Source: a virus
Taxonomy: Duplodnaviria > Heunggongvirae > Uroviricota > Caudoviricetes
Virus record (IMG/VR): IMGVR_UViG_3300018414_000006
Location: 64,001-119,460 of that record
Reading direction: 5' to 3' (one strand)
DNA length: 55,460 nucleotides
Shown one piece after another: positions 1 through 9,360 of this stretch (positions are counted from its first letter, which is position 1; every line of letters begins with the position of its first letter). The position numbers and the translations under genes were made by a program. The notes beneath the pieces were generated by a model. The model did not search any database. It worked only from the letters and a program-made list of their open reading frames with translations, and was not told where the DNA came from.

Positions 1-753
1 ACTTATTTGTATGGAGATGCGCCCAATACATTGGAACAGTATAACGGTACTAATCCTCAAATATATCAGTTATACAATACTTTTACTGATATCAACAATT
101 ATGAACGAGGTTATGTTCGCTGGGTGGCCAACTCATTTCGAATCGGTACTGAAAATGCGGGAACAGGTATTGCGCGTGGACTATATTTTCAAACTCAGGG
201 AATTAATAGATGGGCAATTACTACCGGCGGCAGTTTGAATCCAGGTGCAGACAATACATATTCTGTAGGAACATCGGCACTTCGGATTTCCAAAGTCTAT
301 GCAGTAAGTGGAGTTTCCGTAGTTGCATTGGACAATACCACACATTCTAGTACTGGTATTGTAGGTGTCAATACTCTTGTTACAATAAGTATTCCGGGAG
401 GAAGTTTTACTGCGAACGGAGCTTTGAAAATAATTGTCATGTGGAATTGCACCAATAATGCAAATATAAAAACAATAACACTTACTTACGGTGGTTCCAC
501 TTTTCTCAGTCAAGCATTAGGCGCAGTTGCCGGAAGTCAGTCCATAACCATAATTCGAAACAATGGAGTTACAAACTCTCAAACAGGTTTTGGTGCGTCT
601 GCTTCAAGTCAATTTAGTAGCACAGGTGCAGTTCCTGTGAATACTACAATTGATACAACAGTTGCACAAAATCTGACACTTTCTGCAACACTTACAGTCA
701 CTACCGATGTAGTCAGCGTTAATTCTATTATTGTAGAATCAATAAATCTATAA
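1..753 (+). CDS. Tail fibre/virion structural protein, C-terminal part (5' truncated by window)
   Basis: Frame is open to base 1. T/G/S/N-rich beta-type sequence with the fibre-type motif LNPGADNTYSVGTSALRISKVY. Confidence 0.55.
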   Translation, partial: TYLYGDAPNTLEQYNGTNPQIYQLYNTFTDINNYERGYVRWVANSFRIGTENAGTGIARGLYFQTQGINRWAITTGGSLNPGADNTYSVGTSALRISKVYAVSGVSVVALDNTTHSSTGIVGVNTLVTISIPGGSFTANGALKIIVMWNCTNNANIKTITLTYGGSTFLSQALGAVAGSQSITIIRNNGVTNSQTGFGASASSQFSSTGAVPVNTTIDTTVAQNLTLSATLTVTTDVVSVNSIIVESINL

Positions 754-754
754 T

Positions 755-766
755 TGCAATTTTATA
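755..766 (+). promoter_or_regulatory. Putative phage late-promoter motif TGCAATTTTATA
   Basis: Intergenic, 26 nt before ATG 793. Same motif recurs before other late-type genes. Confidence 0.6.
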
Positions 767-792
767 GTATGTTCAGTTAAAAGGAATTAAAA

Positions 793-1539
793 ATGAAAAC
801 GGAAACTGTATCAATTACTGACTACAGAATGATGAATCCCACATTAGCCCGTGTTGTGATAAGCTATACAGGTCGGCAAGATGCGGAAAGTTTGCGAAAT
901 TCAATTCTCGCAAAATCAAATAATCTGGTAGCACCTGTTGAAAATTCTTTTCGTGAAATTCGTGCGGATGTGTCTGTCGGGTTCGTTAGATCCAACAAAG
1001 AACTTCGTTACGTAGATGATCCAAAACAATTGAGAGCTTCTTATCGAGTAATGTCCTCTAACATCATGATGGACAATAAAGATAAATCACTATGGGAAGT
1101 ACGCACAGGTAAGGGGGGAACCTTTCTTGCACGACAGGGTAATGAGGACTTGAGTGAATTGATTGAAGCATCGATTCACAGAAGAAATGACATTCCTGGG
1201 CTTAGACATGTTGCTTTGGCAAAAGCAGAACCCGGAGAGTTTGCATCTTTTGTTAGTAGCACTGGAGATATGGACTATGGATTTGTAACAGCATCAAATA
1301 CAGAAAAAGCACAAATTGTATCCTACATATTGAAAATGCCTATGACAGTGAATCAATCGTTAATTACTGCGCTTGCCAAAGTTCCAGTGAAAAAATCTTT
1401 TGTAAAAGAAATGGTGAAAGCGGGGTTGAGTCGTTCGGATAAGGATCAGGCCATAGAATACTGGAAAAGGTTATATTTCTATGACCCCAACTATCTCAAT
1501 GCTGTTATAGATCAGGTCAACGAAGGCACCACTGCGTAA
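793..1539 (+). CDS. Hypothetical protein, probably virion/head-associated
   Basis: 248-aa ORF with SD AAGGA, preceded by the late-type motif and followed by a terminator. No family recognised. Confidence 0.6.
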   Translation: MKTETVSITDYRMMNPTLARVVISYTGRQDAESLRNSILAKSNNLVAPVENSFREIRADVSVGFVRSNKELRYVDDPKQLRASYRVMSSNIMMDNKDKSLWEVRTGKGGTFLARQGNEDLSELIEASIHRRNDIPGLRHVALAKAEPGEFASFVSSTGDMDYGFVTASNTEKAQIVSYILKMPMTVNQSLITALAKVPVKKSFVKEMVKAGLSRSDKDQAIEYWKRLYFYDPNYLNAVIDQVNEGTTA

Positions 1540-1543
1540 AACA

Positions 1544-1578
1544 AAAAGCCCTGACTTCAAAAATTAGTCAGGGCTTTT
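1544..1578. terminator. Bidirectional intrinsic terminator
   Basis: Perfect 13-bp inverted repeat AAAAGCCCTGACT/AGTCAGGGCTTTT between convergent genes. Confidence 0.9.
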
Positions 1579-1594
1579 AATTATTTGTTTTCAG

Positions 1595-2035
1595 TCAATG
1601 CAATTTGCTTGTAGTTTTTTCTGAATATTCTTCTTCTAAATTATGCCCATCAATAGTTTCAATAAATTGTAAGTCTTCTTGAAGCATGCTCAATTGTTCT
1701 TTTTTATTCAAAAGACTTCTAGCTTCTGATAATAGTTCTTCCAAAGAATAGTAAGCATTATCGATCGGCTTTCCTGTAAAATCTCTTACTATCTTTCCAT
1801 GCTTCAGCAAAGATAGCGCATGCTCTGCCCCAGACACAAAAGCATCATACGCTATATAAAGTATTTCTTCAGACTTTTTTAATTGAATAAGTTTCAGTCG
1901 TTCTTCAAAATCAGACCTTAGTTCACAATATCCTGCAAAAATTGGTGCTTTGTGTTCATCTTCATTCAGGCACTCAAGTGACATGTTTTCAACATCTTGA
2001 ATCATTTCTGTAAGCTTTTTCATATTTTTCCTCAA
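1595..2035 (-). CDS. Hypothetical protein (ATG at 2023 is an alternative start)
   Basis: 146-aa acidic helical ORF coupled to the helicase stop and ending at the terminator. Confidence 0.6.
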   Translation of the reverse strand: MRKNMKKLTEMIQDVENMSLECLNEDEHKAPIFAGYCELRSDFEERLKLIQLKKSEEILYIAYDAFVSGAEHALSLLKHGKIVRDFTGKPIDNAYYSLEELLSEARSLLNKKEQLSMLQEDLQFIETIDGHNLEEEYSEKTTSKLH

Positions 2036-3366
2036 ATATCAGATTCTGCAAGATTTTTTATTTCATTCCTTGATTTATCTGATCGAATTTCACCTATGAC
2101 TTGATCTTGTGGAATGTCTTCTACACGCATGTGACTATAGTTAATTTTGACATTGAAAGGAAAGGCTCGGCTGTTGCGTGATTTTCCCTGTTCAATTCTT
2201 GTTATTCCGTTTTCTTTACTTTCTTCAGTTGCTTTCCATATCCACGAATTAGAACTGTGCTCATTAATTGCACGAGAATAACGAATTTTCATTTCTTCAG
2301 ATAGCTGACAAAGCAAAACATTAACGCAATCATCCACCTCTGCATTGATTTTAGCGTAACGTGCGATAGCACCAAGAACCTTCCATTGTTCGTCGCCATC
2401 CGCCCCCTTTAGCAAGGTGGTATAGTCAATTATTCGAACATCACATTTGTAGGCAGATGTGGCAGTTATGACTTCGTGCATAGTCATATCTTCTTCTGGT
2501 TTGAACATTGTATATCTACCGCCAGCATCTCTTACTTTTTTTCGCCATCTTCGCAAGCGTTTATATGCCAATTCTTTTTCGCCTGATGCTAATTTCTGAA
2601 GAAGAATTTTGGAAACGTCCATACGCGAAGCGTTAGCAAGTATACGTCCAGTCATTTCTCTTTTTGACATTTCCAGAGGAACAAGAAGTACCTTATAACC
2701 TCTTACCGCCATATGCATAGCAATAGCATTTGCTAATGTACTTTTACCACCACCTGAATTACTGGCTAAAGTTACTAACGATCCTCTAGCCCATCCTCCA
2801 CTTTCTTCATCAAACGCACGTATGCCTGTAGGAATAATTGATTCGCTGCTATCCCCCCAAAGAATATCTTCAATCATCTTTTCAGAATTATCATTTTTGC
2901 CAAAATGCTGAAAAGAATTCTGATTAGATTTTCTGGAACGCACAATGTTCAGGCTTGTAGCAACCTGTTCCATCAATTCATCAGTGTTGACTCTTTTGTT
3001 GCCATTCAATGCAGTATTGATGTAGGACGCTATATTGAACATGCCTCTATTCTGACGATATCGATTCAATATACGTGCAGCCTTTTGCGCATCTTCTATT
3101 GTCTGAATTGACACTACAGAATTTCTTAAATGAGTTCGCGCCTCATCACTTATATCGGGATCTTCGATAAGCAATCGATAGGTAGGAGGTTTTCCCGTTT
3201 CAAGCATATGTTTTCGTATGGTCTTGAACAGTTCAACAGACTCTTCAGAATAAAAATATGAACTGTCGATAAGACTCAATAATGTTCCTGCTATAGTTTT
3301 ATTCTTGTGGCACAATCCCCTCAATACTGCTAGTTCGGCACGCACACTTGTTATCTTCGTCGCCAT
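2032..3366 (-). CDS. dnaB: DnaB-like replicative helicase
   Basis: Walker A SNSGGGKST, LEMS motif, Walker B IIDY, LCQLS motif, DnaB-like N-terminal domain, SD AAGGAG. Confidence 0.9.
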   Translation of the reverse strand: MATKITSVRAELAVLRGLCHKNKTIAGTLLSLIDSSYFYSEESVELFKTIRKHMLETGKPPTYRLLIEDPDISDEARTHLRNSVVSIQTIEDAQKAARILNRYRQNRGMFNIASYINTALNGNKRVNTDELMEQVATSLNIVRSRKSNQNSFQHFGKNDNSEKMIEDILWGDSSESIIPTGIRAFDEESGGWARGSLVTLASNSGGGKSTLANAIAMHMAVRGYKVLLVPLEMSKREMTGRILANASRMDVSKILLQKLASGEKELAYKRLRRWRKKVRDAGGRYTMFKPEEDMTMHEVITATSAYKCDVRIIDYTTLLKGADGDEQWKVLGAIARYAKINAEVDDCVNVLLCQLSEEMKIRYSRAINEHSSNSWIWKATEESKENGITRIEQGKSRNSRAFPFNVKINYSHMRVEDIPQDQVIGEIRSDKSRNEIKNLAESDI

Positions 3367-3384
3367 ATGCGAGCACTCCTTCTT

Positions 3385-3780
3385 TCAATATTCGGAATAT
3401 CTAGCAAACATTTTTAGCAATGTGAATTCCTTTTCTTCGTCAAGTTTTATAAATACTTCAGTATGTAAATCTCCGTGAACATAGACCACAGGTCCATTGT
3501 TTTCTTCATCACACTTGACGTAAAACTCTTGAACTTCTTTTCTAATCTTCATTCCGTTCAAGTGATTAGTCAAAACACGAACCAGTATTTTTCTTGATTC
3601 TTCGTCATTGATCGCATGCTTGTTTACTACATATTCAAATAGACTATACAAATGATCTCCTATTAAAGCCAGATTCTCAAGCTGTTTCTGACTGTAAGCA
3701 TAATCAGAATTTTCTTTGACAAAATAGGGCATCTTTAATTCCTCAAATGATTTCAATTCGTTTTTTAACAATGGATTCAC
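3385..3780 (-). CDS. Hypothetical protein
   Basis: 131-aa ORF in the replication operon. Confidence 0.6.
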   Translation of the reverse strand: MNPLLKNELKSFEELKMPYFVKENSDYAYSQKQLENLALIGDHLYSLFEYVVNKHAINDEESRKILVRVLTNHLNGMKIRKEVQEFYVKCDEENNGPVVYVHGDLHTEVFIKLDEEKEFTLLKMFARYSEY

Positions 3781-4375
3781 TGAAATAAGCTATAGCATTT
3801 ATTGGCACATTAAGTCGCGTAAACAGAAAACTCATTGGATCTTCACCAGCATTTATGACTATTCGCGGTATGTTTGAAAACCTTTCTAGAAGATCTCTAG
3901 ACTTTTCCAATTTCATAGCGGTGGATGTGGAAGTTAGATTGGACAATACTAGCATAGTAGGACTTCCACCGTATGAGTATTCTTTTAAAAGCGGATTGTC
4001 ATAGCCTCCGTACATTGTTTCCCAAGATACTCTTGCATTAGGATTATTATCAATGTGCAGTTGAACAAGATAAGCGGCAAACAGCTTTGCTTTAGAATCA
4101 TCTGGCGATCCCCCAATTCCATAAATTACAGGGCGATTCGGCGACTCTATAAATTCTGACAAGCTTCTATTTTGTGTTGAAACTTCAATTATTTTGTCAT
4201 TGAGTTTTTCAGATTCTACGCCAAAAGGTAAAGGATTCCAGCGAAAACTACCCTGACGCCACACTGAAGCAGGTACTACACTATTTACATGTGAAGATCT
4301 TGTTACTGATATGACAGAGGGTAGATTATTGAATTTGTTTTCTTTAAATTTTCTGCCACCAGAAATTTCTTTCAT
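3743..4375 (-). CDS. Degenerate DnaC/IstB-like AAA+ protein (possible helicase loader)
   Basis: Strand-loop-helix IYGIGGSPDDSKAKLFAAYL at the P-loop position, MLVLSNL at the Walker B position, RDLLERFSNIPRIV like the DnaC/IstB C-terminal segment. Lies just upstream of dnaB. Confidence 0.45.
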   Translation of the reverse strand: MKEISGGRKFKENKFNNLPSVISVTRSSHVNSVVPASVWRQGSFRWNPLPFGVESEKLNDKIIEVSTQNRSLSEFIESPNRPVIYGIGGSPDDSKAKLFAAYLVQLHIDNNPNARVSWETMYGGYDNPLLKEYSYGGSPTMLVLSNLTSTSTAMKLEKSRDLLERFSNIPRIVINAGEDPMSFLFTRLNVPINAIAYFSESIVKKRIEII

Positions 4376-5919
4376 AGCTCAATTTTTGTTTGAATTTTAC
4401 TTTTGAAATACTCATTAAGAATGATTTCATCTCGTGAGGTTATATCAGGTTTAAACATTGGGCGCAATACATGAAAGTATTCAAATGCCAGACAGCGTTT
4501 TCGAACGGTCATGTTATCCATGAAAATACGTATAACTGGAGCTGGCTTATCATTCCAGGGAGTCAGAATACGTGAAAAGCGCTGTTCTGCATTTTCTTTG
4601 TTTGATCCCATGGTAACTTCATATAGGCAACTCGCTCTTGGAATATTTGTTCCTGTACTCAGAAGTTTTATATTGCCGACAAGAATCTTGATTTTGTAAT
4701 TACGTGCTGCATCAATATATACATCTCGAAGTTTTTTACCGCTTTTATGTTTTCCAATGAGACCTCCCCAGAAAGGATATGCCAATTTTTTGCCTGCCAT
4801 TTTGTTGATCAATTCAACAAGTTTTTTAATGGGTGCTACTTGAGCAAAAGGAATAAGAATCATGTGCCCTTCATTAGCATCCTTGATAGCCCATTTAGCA
4901 ATGAGTTTTAATCTGGACACATCTTTTTCAAGCGATGATACAAGACGTACCCAAGGTATCATTCCTTTATAGTCTTTACTATATTCCGTACGAACAAGCT
5001 TTATTGCAGGTTTCAACCTTCCAACTTTTGCTTCATAAATATTAGGACCTATAAGATTTCTCATTATAGAAAAACGCCCATCTTTTCTTGATGGAGTTCC
5101 TGACAGCCCTATGCACCACTCACAGTTTATTGCAGCCAATATGGTTGCATATTTTGGAGCGGCAGAAGTATGAACTTCATCCACACCAACCACAGGAAAC
5201 AGATTTTTTATTTTTTCTAACAGTTTCTGTCCATCTTCTGAATAGAATGTCTGCACTGTTACCAAACATATATCGTACTTCAGAAAATCTTCATATTTTT
5301 TGGCAAATCCTATCTGTGAAGGATCGCAATCGGTTAGTGCTTTTTGTGTGTCCGATCCGACAAATGTTTCTTTGAAACCGTTAAGCCACTCTCTTTGAGA
5401 AGCTAGGATAAGTGTTTTACGCCCTATCTTTGTTACCGCAGCACTAAAAATTACTGTTTTGCCTGTACGAGGTGGGCTTTTCATAACACCCTTTTTCTTT
5501 AGAATGATGGCACTGACAGCTTCTTTCTGATAGTCCCCCTTAAACGTACCAGTGAATCTTATTGGTCTTTTGAATTTTGTTTGAGGAAAATGCTCTTTTA
5601 CTACAAAATCTATTTTTGCATGACTAAGTATTCTTTCAAAACTTGATTGATCCCCGATAGGAGTTTTGAAATATTTATTTTTCCCTACAATAACATCGGT
5701 AGCAAGCTGCGCGCCTCCTTTAAATCCGGCACAGGTTTCACAGGATTCAGCTACAGCAGGATGCATCTGTTTTCGATCTTCCAGAAATTCACATTTCTGA
5801 CATGCCCTTTCTTCGAAAAACAATAATGTATACTTATTTATAAGTTTTTCACGTAGCTCAGGCGGAATATCTTTCTGTTTTGTATAGAGTGCCTCTCTAG
5901 CATGAACTGTTATAGTCAT
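4372..5919 (-). CDS. Superfamily II (UvsW/DExH-like) helicase
   Basis: SPPRTGKT, VDEVH, GLSGTP, STGTNIPRASC and QRFSRI motifs. N-terminal CxxC...CxxC. Confidence 0.9.
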   Translation of the reverse strand: MTITVHAREALYTKQKDIPPELREKLINKYTLLFFEERACQKCEFLEDRKQMHPAVAESCETCAGFKGGAQLATDVIVGKNKYFKTPIGDQSSFERILSHAKIDFVVKEHFPQTKFKRPIRFTGTFKGDYQKEAVSAIILKKKGVMKSPPRTGKTVIFSAAVTKIGRKTLILASQREWLNGFKETFVGSDTQKALTDCDPSQIGFAKKYEDFLKYDICLVTVQTFYSEDGQKLLEKIKNLFPVVGVDEVHTSAAPKYATILAAINCEWCIGLSGTPSRKDGRFSIMRNLIGPNIYEAKVGRLKPAIKLVRTEYSKDYKGMIPWVRLVSSLEKDVSRLKLIAKWAIKDANEGHMILIPFAQVAPIKKLVELINKMAGKKLAYPFWGGLIGKHKSGKKLRDVYIDAARNYKIKILVGNIKLLSTGTNIPRASCLYEVTMGSNKENAEQRFSRILTPWNDKPAPVIRIFMDNMTVRKRCLAFEYFHVLRPMFKPDITSRDEIILNEYFKSKIQTKIEL

Positions 5920-5933
5920 TGCATTCCTTGCTT

Positions 5934-6491
5934 CTAGACGACTTTACCACCAATTGACTGAGAAAGTTTCTCAATCAACTTGGTCATATTGGAAAGCTGA
6001 TAGCTTGCTTTATCTATATCATCAATGACTCTATCACACAAGTCTAAAAGATCCTTACCATCAACCACTATACTATTGGCTATTTGTTGAGTACGACGTA
6101 TAAAAGATTTTCGTTGAGCTTCAGTTGAATATTCACGAAGCTCTTCTTTGTATTCGGTTTGAACGTGATCTTGAAATGCTTCCATTGCTTTTTCAATGGT
6201 GCCCATATGAAAACTGGTTCGCGTGCGTAATTCAACCAGACGTGTTCTAGCAGACATATCACAGGCACTGGCTTCCATGACTGCGGATGGACTATATTTT
6301 TTTCCAGTGTACAGTTTTCTAGAAAGTCTTGTAGAGTTCAATGCAAAGATTTCTTTTCTATCTCTTTCGAGTGTGGACAGTCGTTCTTGCGCGGTTGTTA
6401 TAATTCTTTTAAATGTTTTATATTTTGGATCATTGCGTATTTCATTTAGCAGTTCTGCGATATCAATTTCTTCGGAGTCTCTTCGTGCCAC
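5934..6491 (-). CDS. Hypothetical all-helical protein
   Basis: GTG start with strong SD AAGGAGG. Coiled-coil character. Confidence 0.65.
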   Translation of the reverse strand: MARRDSEEIDIAELLNEIRNDPKYKTFKRIITTAQERLSTLERDRKEIFALNSTRLSRKLYTGKKYSPSAVMEASACDMSARTRLVELRTRTSFHMGTIEKAMEAFQDHVQTEYKEELREYSTEAQRKSFIRRTQQIANSIVVDGKDLLDLCDRVIDDIDKASYQLSNMTKLIEKLSQSIGGKVV

Positions 6492-6503
6492 CGTTATTCC
6501 TCC

Positions 6504-6908
6504 TTACTGTTCTTCCAGTATAACTTGCACTTCATCATTAACTTCTGGTGAAATGGCCAAAGTTCCACGATTAGGATAATTATAAATAACCAGCTTATCA
6601 GTTTTCAATGTTAGTTGTGCTGTCGTGGCTTTACCTGCACCATTATTTAAAAAGGTCACAAGATAGCCGCCATGATTCACTGTTCGAAACTCAGAAGTAA
6701 AATAATAGCCCACTTTCATTTTTTTATTGAGTAGCCAATAAATAGTGAACATGCCTACTGCTGGAATTTTTTCTCCAATTTCGACATGATCATCCTGAAT
6801 TTCCTGATTAAGAATCAGATGTCCACCATCTACCTGATAGAATTCATGAAGAGCTATGTGTGAAAAGATTTTTATTCTTTTTTTCAAAAGATTTGAAAAT
6901 AGCTGCAT
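6504..6908 (-). CDS. Hypothetical protein
   Basis: 134-aa ORF tightly packed in the operon. Confidence 0.6.
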   Translation of the reverse strand: MQLFSNLLKKRIKIFSHIALHEFYQVDGGHLILNQEIQDDHVEIGEKIPAVGMFTIYWLLNKKMKVGYYFTSEFRTVNHGGYLVTFLNNGAGKATTAQLTLKTDKLVIYNYPNRGTLAISPEVNDEVQVILEEQ

Positions 6909-6910
6909 TG

Positions 6911-7984
6911 CTAGTCATCCTGATTTAGGGAAACAAAAACATATGCAGTACTGGTTTTAATAGATATGAAAGACATATCATTCATGACTTTCATCAAAAC
7001 AGTATCTGCGCATTTGTTGATAGCTTCCAACAGATATTCATAATTAACTTTAAATGAAAGTTTTTTACCGACACGCGCCTTTAACACTGTTTTTGAAGTA
7101 CCTCCATTAGTAGTGACCTGTAACTGCACTTTGCCAGATGTGTCAGTCGCAATGCTTATTTCAGAACGTTCTTTAGCAGCTACCGCACGCGCATTTTCAA
7201 GAAATATCATTACATCCTGTTTGGATAATTCTATTTCTGAACCATCTGCTTTACTAGCCTCTTTTGCTTTATCAAAAACCTGATCAGTTGTAATAGAAGA
7301 ATCTTCTGTTTCAGGTAACGATAGAAACACTTTTACCAGTTTGTTTTTAACTATTAGCTGTGACCTGGTAACAGTTAGTGTAAAATTAATTTTGCTGAAT
7401 ACTTCCAGTATTGAAGAAAAAGTATCCAGTGGTAGTGTGAGATCCAGTTCACCAGTTATTTGTTTGTCTGTAATGAATGCCATGTGATAAGTATCGTAAC
7501 AGGCAACAAAAGCAGATTTACTGTTAAGACGTACAGATAGTGGCATATACGCAGTTATATCTGCCGTAGGTTTTAACGAAACAGTAGCTACTGCTGATTT
7601 TAACCATGACGCCTGATCCGCATTCAGCTTCCAAACTTTTCCTTTTTCGTCTTCTGTTTCTTCTATTGGCAATGCATCCACTGTAGCAAGAGAAGAATGA
7701 TAACGACCACTCTGAATATTGAGCATGGTTTTATCATAGACAATTTCCAGCTCATCCCTGCCTTTGATAGCGTCCCTAAGATTATTGGAACCAATGGCAA
7801 AAAATGCTTCGCCTGACACATCACCCGGAAGAAGTACTGCACATCGAGCAATTTCTGAAGCAGAGGACATGATCAGACTTTTGCCGTTTGCCTGCAATGT
7901 CACATTACCTGAAACAGGAGAAGCCAGACGAAGACAGATTTTTAAAGCTTCTTGAATAACATCAGCGGAAATTTTAGCTTTCAT
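6911..7984 (-). CDS. dnaN: DNA polymerase III beta-like sliding clamp
   Basis: ~357 aa with three-domain beta-clamp pattern; KVNYEYLLEAI matches the clamp FNxxYLxxAL motif. ATG 7984 follows AAAAGGT. Confidence 0.8.
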   Translation of the reverse strand: MKAKISADVIQEALKICLRLASPVSGNVTLQANGKSLIMSSASEIARCAVLLPGDVSGEAFFAIGSNNLRDAIKGRDELEIVYDKTMLNIQSGRYHSSLATVDALPIEETEDEKGKVWKLNADQASWLKSAVATVSLKPTADITAYMPLSVRLNSKSAFVACYDTYHMAFITDKQITGELDLTLPLDTFSSILEVFSKINFTLTVTRSQLIVKNKLVKVFLSLPETEDSSITTDQVFDKAKEASKADGSEIELSKQDVMIFLENARAVAAKERSEISIATDTSGKVQLQVTTNGGTSKTVLKARVGKKLSFKVNYEYLLEAINKCADTVLMKVMNDMSFISIKTSTAYVFVSLNQDD

Positions 7985-8092
7985 GTTCAAACCTTTTGGT
8001 ACTCGTATAATTTATATTGTTTGTGACTATCAAAAACACGTGAAGATGTTTATATGACGGGAAGGGTTTTTATACTCTATATTTATTTACTA

Positions 8093-8926
8093 TCAGACAA
8101 TTGTTAGGGTCAGTGATACAGGAGTTGATTGTACCGTGCCATTGAAACTGCTGCTTATGCTAAAGTTAAAAACATAGTCGCCTGTTTCGGGTTCGGAAAG
8201 TCTAAGAATACGAACCGTGTTAAACAATGTGCCTCCTCCCGGAACAATCGTTTGCCCACCATTACCTTGAACAATGGATGCTTTAAAGTAGCCTTCCGAA
8301 GGATTGCTGACTGTGCTAATGGATAAAGGAATGATTGTAGTACCTTCTCTTGATGGATCAGACTGTAACCAGGATTCAAACAGTGCTACCCAGTTGAAAT
8401 CAAAGAAAGAACACTCCTGTTCAAAAGAAGCAAGATTAAGACTACATGCCCAGCGTACTGATTGAGGAGTAACTGCGTCGGGTGGTTCTACTGATGCTGT
8501 TTTGAATTCGTAATGATTCATACCTGTTATAAGTGAACCAATATAAGCACCTGTATTGAAATGATGTTTCCACGTAACAACAGGCTGTGACCACCAGGAA
8601 TAAAATCCAAGTGTGTTGTTATCTACCACTGAAATAAGCTCCAAATAACCTCGCCAAGGCATTTTCCATTCTTGATCTGCGGGCCATTGTGCCGCAACGT
8701 ATTGTTGAACTCTTTGCGGACCTAGATTGGTTATCACCTGATTCGGTAGAGTTACTGTAGTAACGGGTACATTACCTTGTGATAGTTCATATTCCGTTTC
8801 TTCTCCAGTAAAAGAAGTTTCTACAATAGGAAAGAATCCAAAGATTTTTCCTGAAGGCATTACTACAGGCAAAACAGTTTGAATAGAAGGTTCTTCTAGC
8901 GGTAATCCAAATTGAACTTTAGACAT
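8093..8926 (-). CDS. Hypothetical protein with C-terminal Ig-like beta segment, probably structural
   Basis: P/T/S/V-rich, ends YVFNFSISSSFNGTVQSTPVSLTLTIV. Likely start ATG 8926. Confidence 0.5.
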   Translation of the reverse strand: MSKVQFGLPLEEPSIQTVLPVVMPSGKIFGFFPIVETSFTGEETEYELSQGNVPVTTVTLPNQVITNLGPQRVQQYVAAQWPADQEWKMPWRGYLELISVVDNNTLGFYSWWSQPVVTWKHHFNTGAYIGSLITGMNHYEFKTASVEPPDAVTPQSVRWACSLNLASFEQECSFFDFNWVALFESWLQSDPSREGTTIIPLSISTVSNPSEGYFKASIVQGNGGQTIVPGGGTLFNTVRILRLSEPETGDYVFNFSISSSFNGTVQSTPVSLTLTIV

Positions 8927-8936
8927 GACAATCTCT

Positions 8937-9311
8937 TTAAATAGGAACTTTGTTTTGAACTTTCGCAAAGGAAATTCTTGTGCCTTTGCAGGTTATACCA
9001 CAAACACAAATACCATTTGTCGGATCTGGTGTTGTTATCAAAAAATCGTTTGAATGCTCTTGTTCGGATACTGGTTCCCTCCAGCACACTTTGACTTCTT
9101 GTGTAGGAACTGAAACAAGATTTAATTTTTGTTGCTCCAGATTAAAAGGAGTGAATTTGAATTCTTGTGATTGTTCGACAAGTGTTACGGATATGGCAGT
9201 CTGTACAGGAACAAACTCTTCATTGGAAAGAACAAGACTATCATAGTCAACGTCAATTATTCGTTGAGTGAGTTCAGAAACAATCGGTATAAGAAATAGG
9301 CGAATGTACAT
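8937..9311 (-). CDS. Hypothetical protein
   Basis: 124-aa ORF with a late-motif variant 37 nt upstream. Confidence 0.55.
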   Translation of the reverse strand: MYIRLFLIPIVSELTQRIIDVDYDSLVLSNEEFVPVQTAISVTLVEQSQEFKFTPFNLEQQKLNLVSVPTQEVKVCWREPVSEQEHSNDFLITTPDPTNGICVCGITCKGTRISFAKVQNKVPI

Positions 9312-9348
9312 AATTATCCGTGAATCTAAAAAGTTAACGAAGTTGCAC

Positions 9349-9360
9349 TATAAAATTTAT
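9349..9360 (-). promoter_or_regulatory. Late-promoter motif variant (ATAAATTTTATA)
   Basis: AATTTTATA core overlapping the stop of the upstream gene, oriented toward ATG 9311. Confidence 0.35.
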
